The notes under the pieces: generated by a model
What the model saw: only the letters and a program-made list of their open reading frames with translations
Database searches by the model: none
What the model was told of the DNA's origin: nothing
Position numbers and translations under genes: made by a program
Shown here: piece by piece, positions 10,035-19,654 of the stretch
Layout: each line of letters starts with the position of its first letter
How positions within the stretch are numbered: the stretch's first letter is position 1
Assembly (NCBI GenBank): GCA_963674705.1
Contig: OY771506.1
Coordinates: forward strand, 2,752,001 to 2,816,000
Reading direction: 5' to 3'
Source: Phycisphaeraceae bacterium
Lineage (GTDB): Bacteria > Planctomycetota > Phycisphaerae > Phycisphaerales > Phycisphaeraceae
DNA: 64,000 nt

Positions 10035-11216
10035 ATGAGACATATCGCGAAAGTCAATCAGGCAAGTGCCGCGAAGCACAACCGAAGACTAACCATCCAA
10101 TTGCTTCGACAGTTTGGTTCGCTGTCTCGCAGGCAATTGGCGCAGATCACCGGTCTGCGTACTTCCACCCTCACCTACATCGTCCGCGACCTGATGAAGC
10201 AAGGTGTTGTTCGACCTATCGGTAAAGCAGAATCTAAAACCGTCGGGAAGAAGCAAACACTGCTGGAAGTGAATCCCGCGCTTGGCTGGGCCGTCGGCAT
10301 CGGATTATCTCACGGCTTTGCCGAACTCATCTATCAGGACGCCTCTGGTACCCAGATCGGGCAGGGCAAGATTGAAATCACCTATGACCTTGGTCCCTTG
10401 CCTAAACGGCTGCATGATGAAGTAATTAACTGGGCCCAGAAAAACAGCAAGGATATTAACGCACTGATGGGTATCGGCATCGGTGTGCCCGGCATCGTGG
10501 ATAACACGCACGGCATCGTTCAGCATTCCGGTTGGTTCAACGCGATTGACCTGCCGTTGCGTGAAAAGTTCAACGAGCACTTTGATACTAAAATCGTCAT
10601 TGAAAACGATGTCAATCTGGCCGTGCTGGCGGAGTCGCGAACGGGAAATGCCGGTGGGTTGACCAACTTCCTTTTCTTCCTGATTAACGCGGTGCCTGAA
10701 GAGGGCCAACAGGTGATCCGTGCGTTCGGCTCCGCACTGTTTCTGGATGGCCGTGTCTACCGTGGCTCACATTACGCCGCCGGTGAAGTATTTTCGCTTG
10801 TGAAAAATGAGGAGTGCACTCGCACCTCAACTCAAGTCATCCAATCTCTTGCTGATCCCGATACGCCGATGAATGACACCATGCTTGGTCTTGCTCGGCA
10901 TATCGCAAAGATCCTCATTGCACTTGTGGAAGTCATCGATCCTCAGGCTGTCTTGTTAGGCGGCAATCTCAACATCCGAAGTGATGCGATGATCACCGAG
11001 ATCCAGAAGCAGTTGGACCAGCAACTTGTGGTTCTTACCAAACGCAAAGTCAGCATTCGACCGTCCGTCTTAGGTAACAGCGGGGTCGCAATAGGCGCCG
11101 CCATTGCCACGATTGACGAGGTGCTCATCGGCGATGATCTCGCCCAGGAAGCCTTGGAGCAGCAGCAGATCCTCCGCAAAGTCCTGGGGGACGATCCACG
11201 TGTGCCGATCCCCTGA
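10035..11216 (+). CDS. ROK family transcriptional regulator
   Basis: N-terminal HTH (LSRRQLAQITGL), GIGIGVPG, IENDVN, G..YRG...AGE. Confidence 0.9.
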   Translation: MRHIAKVNQASAAKHNRRLTIQLLRQFGSLSRRQLAQITGLRTSTLTYIVRDLMKQGVVRPIGKAESKTVGKKQTLLEVNPALGWAVGIGLSHGFAELIYQDASGTQIGQGKIEITYDLGPLPKRLHDEVINWAQKNSKDINALMGIGIGVPGIVDNTHGIVQHSGWFNAIDLPLREKFNEHFDTKIVIENDVNLAVLAESRTGNAGGLTNFLFFLINAVPEEGQQVIRAFGSALFLDGRVYRGSHYAAGEVFSLVKNEECTRTSTQVIQSLADPDTPMNDTMLGLARHIAKILIALVEVIDPQAVLLGGNLNIRSDAMITEIQKQLDQQLVVLTKRKVSIRPSVLGNSGVAIGAAIATIDEVLIGDDLAQEALEQQQILRKVLGDDPRVPIP

Positions 11217-11369
11217 GCACTACCAGCTACCGGTCATTCCATCCTTTGCATATCTTCTGCACAATATCCCGCATCGTGTGGTAAATTACCCCACCGAAGC
11301 GTCACGTATCACCGTGCTATACGTGACGCTGAACCACACATAAACCGCGTTGAAAGCTTGTGTTAACCC

Positions 11370-12860
11370 ATGATTATCCCCAAACCACTTGAGTGTCAGC
11401 AGGTAGATGGTGCGTTCACTTTCCCGGCTCAGCTACCTGTGATCATTGCGTATCACCCCGATCAGGGGTACGCCCACTTTGTTGCCGAAGAATTGGCTCA
11501 GCAGCTCCGCGTAGTCAGCGGCGCTTTCGTCACCATTAATGAGGGTGAAGCCGGGTCTAAGCCCGGCACGATCCTGCTGACCGATCGTGACGCTCAGGCC
11601 GATCTCGGCCCCGAGGGATATCAACTCGACATCTCGCCCGAGTGCATCCGCCTGTGCGCCGGTACGAATGCCGGCCTGTTTTATGCGCTACAGTCGCTAT
11701 TACAGATACTCGACCACGAGCGAGCCTCGCTCGTGGATGATGCGCAGCTTAAGAGCCTGCCCTGCATGTCCATTAAGGACAAACCGCAGTTTGGCTGGCG
11801 GGGTTTCATGCTCGATTCGGCGCGTCACTTCCAGCCGATCGAGGTGATCTACAAGATCATTGATCAACTCGCCGCACTCAAGCTCAACCGCTTCCATTGG
11901 CACCTGTCAGACGACCAGGGCTGGCGGCTTGAAGTGTTGGGCTTTCCAAAGCTGACTTCCGTCGGGGCATGGCGCAATAACGGTAAAGCGCGATACGGCG
12001 GGTTCTACACACGCGAGCAGGTGCGTGTCCTTGTCGCCTATGCCCATCAAAGGCATATTACCATCGTCCCGGAAATCGATATCCCGGGCCACAGCTTCGC
12101 CGCGCTTGCTGCTTATCCAGAGTACGGTTGTCCCGGTAAGGAATACACCGTCCAGAGTGGCTGGGGCATCCTGCAGGGCACGTTCTGTGCCGGTAATGAG
12201 CAGACATTCCGTTTCCTAGGCGAAGTGTTCGCGGATATGGCGGAGGTTTTCTCAGGCCCGTACCTGCATCTGGGCGGCGATGAACGCAAGCCCGGCGTCT
12301 GGGAAGCCTGCCCGAAGTGCTCGGCCGCGATGAAGAACATGAACTTTGACGAGGAAGCCAAACTGCACCGCTGGTTTATGGAACGTGTTTCCAAGCGCGT
12401 GCACGAATCGCTCTGCCGACGCACAATCGCCTGGGGCGACAACATCGAAGCCGGCGGCGTGGATGGTCAGATCGTCCAGGGCTGGATCGCCGGTCAGAGC
12501 GTCGCAGCCGCCAAACAGGGATTGGATACCATCAATTCCACCAATACCTGGGTTTACTTCGACTACCCCGAATCAGAAGAAGGTATCGGCACTACCTGGC
12601 CCAAGTGGATGAAGCCATTGCCGATCGAAATGGTCCACGCGTTTGACCCGATCCCCGAAGACCTCGACCCGCAATTGCATAAGCACGTGCTTGGCAGCGA
12701 ATGTCATCTCTGGACCGAGCATGTGCCTGATGAAGCCACGATCCGCCGACAGATCATCCCACGTATCCACGCTTTCAGTGAGGCTGTGTGGACACCGACC
12801 GAAGGTCGCGACTTTGACGACTTCAGCAAGCGATTAAAGCATCAGCGCACGCTCTTTTAA
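11370..12860 (+). CDS. GH20 beta-N-acetylhexosaminidase
   Basis: RGFMLDSARHF, FHWHLSDDQGWR, PEIDIPGH, catalytic HLGGDE. Confidence 0.93.
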   Translation: MIIPKPLECQQVDGAFTFPAQLPVIIAYHPDQGYAHFVAEELAQQLRVVSGAFVTINEGEAGSKPGTILLTDRDAQADLGPEGYQLDISPECIRLCAGTNAGLFYALQSLLQILDHERASLVDDAQLKSLPCMSIKDKPQFGWRGFMLDSARHFQPIEVIYKIIDQLAALKLNRFHWHLSDDQGWRLEVLGFPKLTSVGAWRNNGKARYGGFYTREQVRVLVAYAHQRHITIVPEIDIPGHSFAALAAYPEYGCPGKEYTVQSGWGILQGTFCAGNEQTFRFLGEVFADMAEVFSGPYLHLGGDERKPGVWEACPKCSAAMKNMNFDEEAKLHRWFMERVSKRVHESLCRRTIAWGDNIEAGGVDGQIVQGWIAGQSVAAAKQGLDTINSTNTWVYFDYPESEEGIGTTWPKWMKPLPIEMVHAFDPIPEDLDPQLHKHVLGSECHLWTEHVPDEATIRRQIIPRIHAFSEAVWTPTEGRDFDDFSKRLKHQRTLF

Positions 12861-12908
12861 TGCGTGAAGACATTGAAGGTAAAGCGACATGCTCTTAATA
12901 AGGGATGT

Positions 12909-13226
12909 TTATGCTTGCGAGAGGGAAACTATCATCCCGATGATGAACAATACAACGAACAGTAATCCTAAACCTAAGCCGATGTAGCCGCAGATCATTC
13001 CCGCCGTGGCCAAACCCTTTGAACTCGGATTGCATTCGCCCATGCTGATCTGCTCATAGGCGCCTTTAGCAAAAACGACCGCCAGAATCCCACAAACGAG
13101 GGCGGGGATGGCATAGAAAAGGCAGGAAGGGATCGAAACAATCCCAAGCACCAGAGATGCAATAGCTTTGCCCGAGGTGGGTAACTGCTGATTGCCGGGG
13201 GTGGGGATCTGGTCGAACTGAGTCAT
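12909..13226 (-). CDS. DUF4190-like membrane protein
   Basis: AIASLVLGIVS...GLATAGMICGYIG two-TM pattern. Confidence 0.75.
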   Translation of the reverse strand: MTQFDQIPTPGNQQLPTSGKAIASLVLGIVSIPSCLFYAIPALVCGILAVVFAKGAYEQISMGECNPSSKGLATAGMICGYIGLGLGLLFVVLFIIGMIVSLSQA

Positions 13227-13263
13227 GTTGAGGCTCCCGATCAATTGTTGATTGTCAGTTTCT

Positions 13264-13294
13264 TTATCGGCGAGAAAGGATTAAATGTTCTTAA
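13264..13294 (-). promoter_or_regulatory. sigma28-like promoter candidate
   Basis: Perfect GCCGATAA at 13271..13264, ~40 nt upstream of the DUF4190 start; -35 spacing imperfect. Confidence 0.35.
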
Positions 13295-13370
13295 TTTTTC
13301 AATGCGTGTAACTTTGGCTGGACCGGATTGGGTCCGAAGTGTTATTAGAACTAATCAAAACAACTCGGAT

Positions 13371-13805
13371 TCAAGCCCGAATCTGCTTCACAGCCTGACC
13401 CACATCTTTACCTTCGACCACTGCGCCGCTGGACTTCAGGTGCTTCATCGCCACACCCGTCGCCTGCCCGTCGTTACCCGCAGCCAGCACGTTTTCCTTT
13501 ATCGGCTCCAGTGCCGCGATGATCTCATCCACGGACAGTGTCTTGGGCAGCAGCGATTCGAGAATCAGAAGTTCCGCCTTCGTCTTTTCGATCGTTTCGG
13601 GTCGATCGCTCAGTTCGATCATCTCCTGGCTGGATTTGACCAACTTCCGCACGATCCGCTGGGCCTGGTCGTCGCTTAATTCCTCACCGGATCGGGCCGC
13701 CTCGGTCTGTAACTCGCCCAGCACGACCTTCAGCAGGTCCCGTCGGGCGGCGTCCTTGGCTTTCATGGCCTCTTTGATCTGGGCTTTGACGTCGTCGATG
13801 AGCAT
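13371..13805 (-). CDS. GatB/YqeY domain protein
   Basis: IKEAMKAKD...ELLILESLLPKTLS...G.AMK pattern. Confidence 0.85.
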   Translation of the reverse strand: MLIDDVKAQIKEAMKAKDAARRDLLKVVLGELQTEAARSGEELSDDQAQRIVRKLVKSSQEMIELSDRPETIEKTKAELLILESLLPKTLSVDEIIAALEPIKENVLAAGNDGQATGVAMKHLKSSGAVVEGKDVGQAVKQIRA

Positions 13806-13981
13806 AGGCGGGCCTTTCCTGAGGATTTCGACCGACATCATACGCTTATACACCCGATTGGGGCCAGTGCGGGCCAGCTTCCGCCTCTTCTGCTATGCTA
13901 GCCCGTCTTGGGCAGGCCGATGGAGGACCTGATTGCCCGTGATTTAACCATATGAACCCTAGCTTTTACGAGGGATAATCC

Positions 13982-14227
13982 ATGCAAGTAAATGACGCAC
14001 TGAACCTGGTCCGTGAGAAGTTCACCGCCGAAGCCCAGGGCCAGACTGAAGGCGAAGTGGCTGACAAGTATCAGGACGCTTTCAGCGACTTCCCCGTGAC
14101 CATGGAAGTGGCGACCCACATCTTCGCCGTCCAGCTCATCCAGCACAACATGGCTCAACAGATGCAGGCCCAGCAGCAGGCCGCCGCTCAGAAGCAGGCC
14201 GAGCAGGGTGGCGAAGCCCAAAGCTGA
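13982..14227 (+). CDS. Hypothetical protein with Gln-rich C-terminus
   Basis: 81-aa ORF, GAGGG RBS, typical codon usage. Confidence 0.6.
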   Translation: MQVNDALNLVREKFTAEAQGQTEGEVADKYQDAFSDFPVTMEVATHIFAVQLIQHNMAQQMQAQQQAAAQKQAEQGGEAQS

Positions 14228-14338
14228 TCCGGCTCATCAAAAAAGTACCCACCACGTTCAGCCCGGCTGCTTGCAGCCGGTTTGCTTTACGTGGAGCATT
14301 TACACACAAACATGTTCCTTCGGAAAGGCGGTCTACAT

Positions 14339-15307
14339 ATGAGACGGCGTATCTCGGCGTTGGTGTTTGTGGGGTGCATATTAACGTGGTGGGGCGGTAG
14401 CTCGCTTTTCGCGCAAGAGGTGGCTATGGCTGACAAACTCGCATGGCAGTCGATTGATATCGATGTAAACACCATAGGCGACCGTGAGATGACGCTCTCA
14501 CTCGGCAGGCTCGATCACGCGCTTCGACTCAAGCTCAACATCGAAAGCGAACAGACCGCTGTCGGCCTGCTGGATATGAATACCGGTCGGCTTGCGATGC
14601 TCCGTGCCGATACGCAGTACTACGCCGCCAGCGTTCCCAAGATCGTCATCCTCCTGACGTACTTCCAGACGCATCCCGAAGCCGCAACATCGCTCGATGG
14701 CACGACGCGAGAAGAACTCGGCCGGATGATCAAGGTCTCCAGCAACGAGATGGCAGCGAAGTACAGCAAGATCGTCGGCCTTAAAGCCATCGCTGACACC
14801 GTCACCAGCCCGGCCTACAAGCTCTACGATCCTCTGCACGGCGGCGGACTCTGGATGGGTAAACACTACGGGCCTAGTGATGAACGTAACCGCGACCCGC
14901 TGGCCGGCGAATCGCACGCCGCCACCGTCCGTCAACTGCTCCGCTATTACCTGATGCTCGAGCAGGGCAGGCTCGTCAGCCCCGAAGCCTCTAAAACCAT
15001 GCGGCAAATCTTCGAGAGCCCGCAGATCAACCACATCCAGTCCAAGTTCGTGGTTGGGCTCAAAGACCGGGATGTGCAGATCATCCGAAAGAGCGGTACG
15101 TGGAGCGAGTGGTTCGCCGACACCGCTGTCATCAAGGGTGAAGGCCGTTACTACATCCTCGTCAGCCTCACCCATACCGAGCACGGTGAAGCCTACCTGA
15201 CCGGCCTCGCCCGCAGCATCGACGACTGGGCCATCCAAGGCTTTAAGGGCGACGCCCCCGTCAACCACGCCACCGAAAAAGACGAACAGGAAGACGACAA
15301 CGGATAG
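14339..15307 (+). CDS. Serine hydrolase of class A beta-lactamase/PBP fold
   Basis: SxxK (ASVPK), SSN, KSG motifs; signal peptide. Confidence 0.8.
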   Translation: MRRRISALVFVGCILTWWGGSSLFAQEVAMADKLAWQSIDIDVNTIGDREMTLSLGRLDHALRLKLNIESEQTAVGLLDMNTGRLAMLRADTQYYAASVPKIVILLTYFQTHPEAATSLDGTTREELGRMIKVSSNEMAAKYSKIVGLKAIADTVTSPAYKLYDPLHGGGLWMGKHYGPSDERNRDPLAGESHAATVRQLLRYYLMLEQGRLVSPEASKTMRQIFESPQINHIQSKFVVGLKDRDVQIIRKSGTWSEWFADTAVIKGEGRYYILVSLTHTEHGEAYLTGLARSIDDWAIQGFKGDAPVNHATEKDEQEDDNG

Positions 15308-15401
15308 CGCCTATCATTCCGGCATAAGCATACGATCCCAAACCCACCCCCCCGCGCGGCTGAGGCGGCTTCAGCCGCCGGCCCACCATCAGGAGCCCCC
15401 C

Positions 15402-16121
15402 ATGTTCAAGACATTCACCCACCCTTTGCCCTGGATTTCATTCCTGCTCGCATGCCTCGTCCTCTTCACGCCTGTGCTGAAAGCCGAGGAATCAGCGCAG
15501 GAAGATGAAGCCGACGCCCCGGACAAGGCCATCCTGCTCGATCCAGATAACGACATCTGGTCACGTAAGGCTCCCGAAACCTTCCAAGCTAAGTTCCAGA
15601 CTAACGAAGGCGACTTCGTGATTCAGGTAAACCGTGACTGGGCTCCGCGCGGCGCAGACCGGTTCTACAACCTCGTCGACAACGGCTTCTACGATGGCTG
15701 CCGGTTCTTCCGCGTCCTCGACGGCTTCATGGCCCAGTTCGGCATCAACGGCGACCCCGAAGTCTCCGCCGTCTGGCGCGAACAGCAGATCAAAGACGAT
15801 CCCAACAAGCAGTCCAACACCCGCGGCCGCGTCAGCTTCGCCATGGCCGGCCCCGACACCCGCACCACCCAACTCTTCATCAACTTCGGCGACAACAGCG
15901 GTCTCGATTCCCGTGGCTTCTCGCCCTTCGGCGAAGTCATCGAAGGCATGGACGTCGTCGACAAGCTCTACTCAGGCTACGGCGAAGGCGACCCCCGAGG
16001 TAACGGCCCCGCACAAGGCCGCATCCAACACGAAGGCAACCCCTACCTCAACGCCGAATTCCCCAAACTCGACTACATCAAACACGCCCAAATCGTGAAG
16101 CCGGAAGAAAGCAAAGAATAA
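15402..16121 (+). CDS. Cyclophilin-type peptidyl-prolyl isomerase
   Basis: FYDGCRFFRV..GFMAQFG, RGRVSFAM, TQLFIN, PFGEVIEGMDVVD. Confidence 0.95.
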   Translation: MFKTFTHPLPWISFLLACLVLFTPVLKAEESAQEDEADAPDKAILLDPDNDIWSRKAPETFQAKFQTNEGDFVIQVNRDWAPRGADRFYNLVDNGFYDGCRFFRVLDGFMAQFGINGDPEVSAVWREQQIKDDPNKQSNTRGRVSFAMAGPDTRTTQLFINFGDNSGLDSRGFSPFGEVIEGMDVVDKLYSGYGEGDPRGNGPAQGRIQHEGNPYLNAEFPKLDYIKHAQIVKPEESKE

Positions 16122-16188
16122 GCACGACCATGCGAATAAGAACCAATGCCCCCAACAGCCCCACGCGGAAGCGTGGGGTTTTTCTTAC

Positions 16189-16214
16189 CATATAGCCCGA
16201 CCATCCTGGTCGGG
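16189..16214 (+). repeat. REP-like palindrome family A (CATATAGCCCGACCATCCTGGTCGGG)
   Basis: Identical copy at 16689-16714; inverted near-copies at 54089-54112 and 62516-62541. Confidence 0.85.
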
Positions 16215-16241
16215 TGATTTCTCAAACAATAGTCTCCAACA

Positions 16242-16640
16242 TCAATCTGAGGTAGCAGAAGTACCCGATTCTGTCGTTTCATCCGGTGAAGCGGATTTGT
16301 ATCTGAGCCGATACTCTACGTGAACAGGTATATCCATCGCGGAAATAACTTCCTTCAGATCGTCTTCAACATCTTGATCTTTGACCCAACCGATGATTTG
16401 CATGCCACCGCCACCACCGGTGTATCGTCCAACCTTCAGTTCTGCGAATCTATCATCAAGTTCCAGCAATGATTCAACAGTGGGGATCAACGTCTCAGCA
16501 GTCCTCAGGTTTCTGCTTTGAATACCCGCAGGGCTGAATGGCCAGACGATAACAAACAGTAGTATCACAAATATAATAACGGTTATCACGATCTTCAAAA
16601 TGCGTGGCATCATGATTATTCGTTTATGTGGTTTATTCAT
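16242..16640 (-). CDS. AT-rich hypothetical membrane-anchored protein (start possibly 16613)
   Basis: ORF with one N-terminal TM helix, visibly lower GC than neighbours. Confidence 0.6.
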   Translation of the reverse strand: MNKPHKRIIMMPRILKIVITVIIFVILLFVIVWPFSPAGIQSRNLRTAETLIPTVESLLELDDRFAELKVGRYTGGGGGMQIIGWVKDQDVEDDLKEVISAMDIPVHVEYRLRYKSASPDETTESGTSATSD

Positions 16641-16688
16641 ACATCAACACCGCTTCACGCACGTCGGCGAACACTCTGAGCTTCGGAG

Positions 16689-16714
16689 CATATAGCCCGA
16701 CCATCCTGGTCGGG
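16689..16714 (+). repeat. REP-like palindrome family A, second copy
   Basis: Exact 26-bp direct repeat of 16189-16214. Confidence 0.85.
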
Positions 16715-16736
16715 ATCGACTTCCTCCGTCACACAC

Positions 16737-17783
16737 TCAATCGCAATCTGTATATCCTAGATATTCGCCACAATGCAGGCACTGGAAAAGATACGCCGTC
16801 GGCGATCCGTCTTTGTCCAGCGCCCGGTAAAACGCGTCCCACTCCGGCCCATCTTCCAGCCCCGTCTCATCTTGAATAGCTTTCGTGGCCTCCGGACCCC
16901 GCGCCTGCAATTCAGCAAAGCCCACCCTGCCTAAAAACGCACACGCATCGCCGCAGTGCGTCGCCCATCGCTCCTGCTGCCATCCGGCAAAGCCGGGCGT
17001 CCTGTATGCAACTTCGTCAACAACCTCTTTCGGAACATCCTCCCACTGCCCGCCGCCTCCGACACCTGCCGCGTCGGTGAACTCAGCGCCTAACTTACTG
17101 CTTGCCGATCCATCCGCGATACACCACGGGCAGATACAGTCCTCGTATTCCCCCTCGGCATAGACCGGTCCACGATAGACATATCCACGCGGTTGCTGAC
17201 AACAGATGCAAACTTCATCACTGGGAATCACGCACTCTGATGCGATCGGATCGGGGTGGTACTTGAAGGTGGGTAATGGTTGCGGGGCAGGGGGCGCAGC
17301 CAACACTTGTGGGCCGTGCAGCACCTCGTTTAATGCATCCGCATCGATCTCAATCCCCGCGCCATGGGCCTCGGCCAGCAGCTTGCTGATGGCTTTTTCC
17401 CGGCCCTTGACCTCTTCTTCGTTATACACCACAAAGGTATTCGTGTAGGGGAATTGGATCGCGTTGATGATGAACATCAAAATGACCCCGCCGACCGGGA
17501 AGAGCAGCACGATCAGTCCCAGACTTTGATAGAGCGCGTAACTGAGCGCGACCGACACAATAATCGGCGACAAAACCACGATCGCGATGATCTGTGTCCA
17601 AGGTTTCGCATCCGTACTGATGCGCATCAGCTTCGCTTCACAATGCGGGCATATCCTGAACCTCGATTCCTTCGAGCTCCATTCCTTGCCGGCACCGATT
17701 TTCTCACCACACTCCGGACATTTGGCCATGTACTGCATGTCGGGCCCCCTGTGTAATAAACCTTTTTGATTATCAAGCATCAC
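16737..17783 (-). CDS. CbrC/UPF0167-family domain fused to N-terminal zinc-ribbon and 2 TM helices
   Basis: LPTFKYHPDP, CICC, ICPWCIADG, RTPGFAGWQQERW..HCGD.C.FLG, YLFQCLHCG. Confidence 0.8.
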   Translation of the reverse strand: MMLDNQKGLLHRGPDMQYMAKCPECGEKIGAGKEWSSKESRFRICPHCEAKLMRISTDAKPWTQIIAIVVLSPIIVSVALSYALYQSLGLIVLLFPVGGVILMFIINAIQFPYTNTFVVYNEEEVKGREKAISKLLAEAHGAGIEIDADALNEVLHGPQVLAAPPAPQPLPTFKYHPDPIASECVIPSDEVCICCQQPRGYVYRGPVYAEGEYEDCICPWCIADGSASSKLGAEFTDAAGVGGGGQWEDVPKEVVDEVAYRTPGFAGWQQERWATHCGDACAFLGRVGFAELQARGPEATKAIQDETGLEDGPEWDAFYRALDKDGSPTAYLFQCLHCGEYLGYTDCD

Positions 17784-19057
17784 TCATACAACAACACAGC
17801 TTCGCGCGCCTCAGCAAATGCCTTCAGCTTCGGGTCACGCCGCCACTGAGCCACGATCTCGTCCGCAGGCCTGCGGTGTTTGAGTGCATCGATCACCCAC
17901 TGGGCCCCGATCAGTCCGCGCAATTTATCGACGCTGTAGCGTTCCGGATGCACCTTCAGCAAAGCATCCAGCATGTGCACGCCTGCTTCGACAGGCTTCA
18001 CAGCACGCCTGTCCGTCACGACAAACCGCACGCCTTCACAGACCTCATCAATAAACTGATACGGGTAATTCTTACGGCCTGTGATGTCCGTACCCGAGGG
18101 GATAAACGTCGTACGCATTACCCAGATCCCCGGCAGGTTACGGCTGCGAAGCTCTGCGCATAACGCGTCGCCATCCACCCACGGCGCGCCCAGGTACTCG
18201 AACGGCCGATCCGTGCCCCGGCCGACCGACAGGTCCTTGTTCGCCTCCGTCTGCGCCACCATCGTGTACAGAATCTCTTCATCCAGCGATCGCATGTTCG
18301 GCGAAGGGTTCACCCAAGGCAATCCTGTTTCATCGAACATCATCCCACGTTTCCAGCCCTCGCACTCGATCACTTCCAGGTCGCAGCCGATCCCGTAGTG
18401 GCCGTTGAAGAGCAGGGCGAGTTCGCCGACCGTCATGCCGTGCAGCGTGGGCATCGGCTTGTACGCCGTGAAGTTACCGACCAGATCATCATCCTGGATC
18501 GGCCCGTCGAAGTCAGTCCCTCCCAGCGGATTCGGCCTATCGAGCACGTAGATCTTGATCCCGTGTTCTTTCGCCGCCTCCATGCAGAGCCCGAGCGTGG
18601 AGATATAGGTGTAGAACCGTGCCCCGATGTCCTGGATGTCGTAGACCAGCACGTCGACGCCTTCGAGCATCTCGTCGGTGGGCTTACGTGTCTTGCCGTA
18701 GAGGCTGTAGATCGGCAGGCCGGTCGCCGGGTCTGTATCGGAATCGACGTGGCGGTCTTCGGTGCCCCGGATGCCGTGCTCGGGTGTGAAGATCGCAACA
18801 AGCTCAACGTTCGCCGATGCGTGCATCAGGTCGAGGATGTGCTCGCCTTTAACGTTGATCCCCGAGTGGTTGGTGATCAGCCCGACCTTCTTGCCTTTGA
18901 GTGCAGCGAAGTCGTCCTGCTGCATCACATCCAGCCCGGTACGCACACGCGCTTCAGCATAAGCGGTTGAACTCTGGCTAAGAATCAGGCACATGCACAG
19001 GCAGGTGAACAGGGCGGTTAAATACTTTGGCATCTCGCTTAGACCTTTCTTTTTCAC
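17780..19057 (-). CDS. DUF1343 / NamZ-like exo-beta-N-acetylmuramidase
   Basis: GLITNHSG, PEHGIRG, SLYGKTRKP, DIQDIGARFYTY, VLDRPNP, WVNPSPN, SVGRGT. Confidence 0.9.
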   Translation of the reverse strand: MKKKGLSEMPKYLTALFTCLCMCLILSQSSTAYAEARVRTGLDVMQQDDFAALKGKKVGLITNHSGINVKGEHILDLMHASANVELVAIFTPEHGIRGTEDRHVDSDTDPATGLPIYSLYGKTRKPTDEMLEGVDVLVYDIQDIGARFYTYISTLGLCMEAAKEHGIKIYVLDRPNPLGGTDFDGPIQDDDLVGNFTAYKPMPTLHGMTVGELALLFNGHYGIGCDLEVIECEGWKRGMMFDETGLPWVNPSPNMRSLDEEILYTMVAQTEANKDLSVGRGTDRPFEYLGAPWVDGDALCAELRSRNLPGIWVMRTTFIPSGTDITGRKNYPYQFIDEVCEGVRFVVTDRRAVKPVEAGVHMLDALLKVHPERYSVDKLRGLIGAQWVIDALKHRRPADEIVAQWRRDPKLKAFAEAREAVLLYE

Positions 19058-19063
19058 TGCGAA

Positions 19064-19513
19064 TCAAGGTTCGGTGGGTTTACGTCGGAATGATTTAGTT
19101 TCTGATCGGTGGCGTTTGTTGTCCAATCGTCGTTGGATCGCGGCCCGGCTGGGTTTGGTCGGCCGGCGACGCTTGGGCCGATTCATCGCTTCGATTATCA
19201 TCTGCCGCAGCTTTGCCAGGCAGGCCTTGCGGTTTGCATGCTGGCTGCGGCTTGTTGAATCCGTGATCTGTATGCGTTCACTGTCAGCAGACAACCGGCT
19301 GCCGGCATGGATCAGCAGGCGCTTGATCGCCCATTCCGGCAAGACCGCCGACAGATCGGAAACATCCACATCGAGGATCGCCTTGGTATTCAGCTTGTTC
19401 ACGTTCTGCCCGCCCGGCCCGCTGCTGCGTGCAAACGAAAAACGCAGCGCCGACTCCGGCAGCCACAAACCCGGTGCGATCGCGAACTGATTGTTCGGCT
19501 CCTCCTGCTGCAT
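19064..19513 (-). CDS. arfB: Alternative ribosome rescue peptidyl-tRNA hydrolase
   Basis: RSSGPGGQNVNK with GGQ; basic C-tail RRPTKPS...KR.RS..K. Confidence 0.93.
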   Translation of the reverse strand: MQQEEPNNQFAIAPGLWLPESALRFSFARSSGPGGQNVNKLNTKAILDVDVSDLSAVLPEWAIKRLLIHAGSRLSADSERIQITDSTSRSQHANRKACLAKLRQMIIEAMNRPKRRRPTKPSRAAIQRRLDNKRHRSETKSFRRKPTEP

Positions 19514-19654
19514 CGGGGCATTGTGCCGTGATTTGCCCGGTATGTCGAGATGACCGACTAATCCCTGTTCAGTTGCGACTTGATTGCCAAAAATGGGAGG
19601 CCCCCGGTAAAAAGTCGCACAACCTGAATCACCGGTTTTGTTACACTTTGGACC

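Noticed and set aside
14339..15307. Bona fide class A beta-lactamase resistance gene
   Set aside because: It has SxxK/SxN/KSG but no recognisable omega-loop ExxLN; kept as a generic serine hydrolase.
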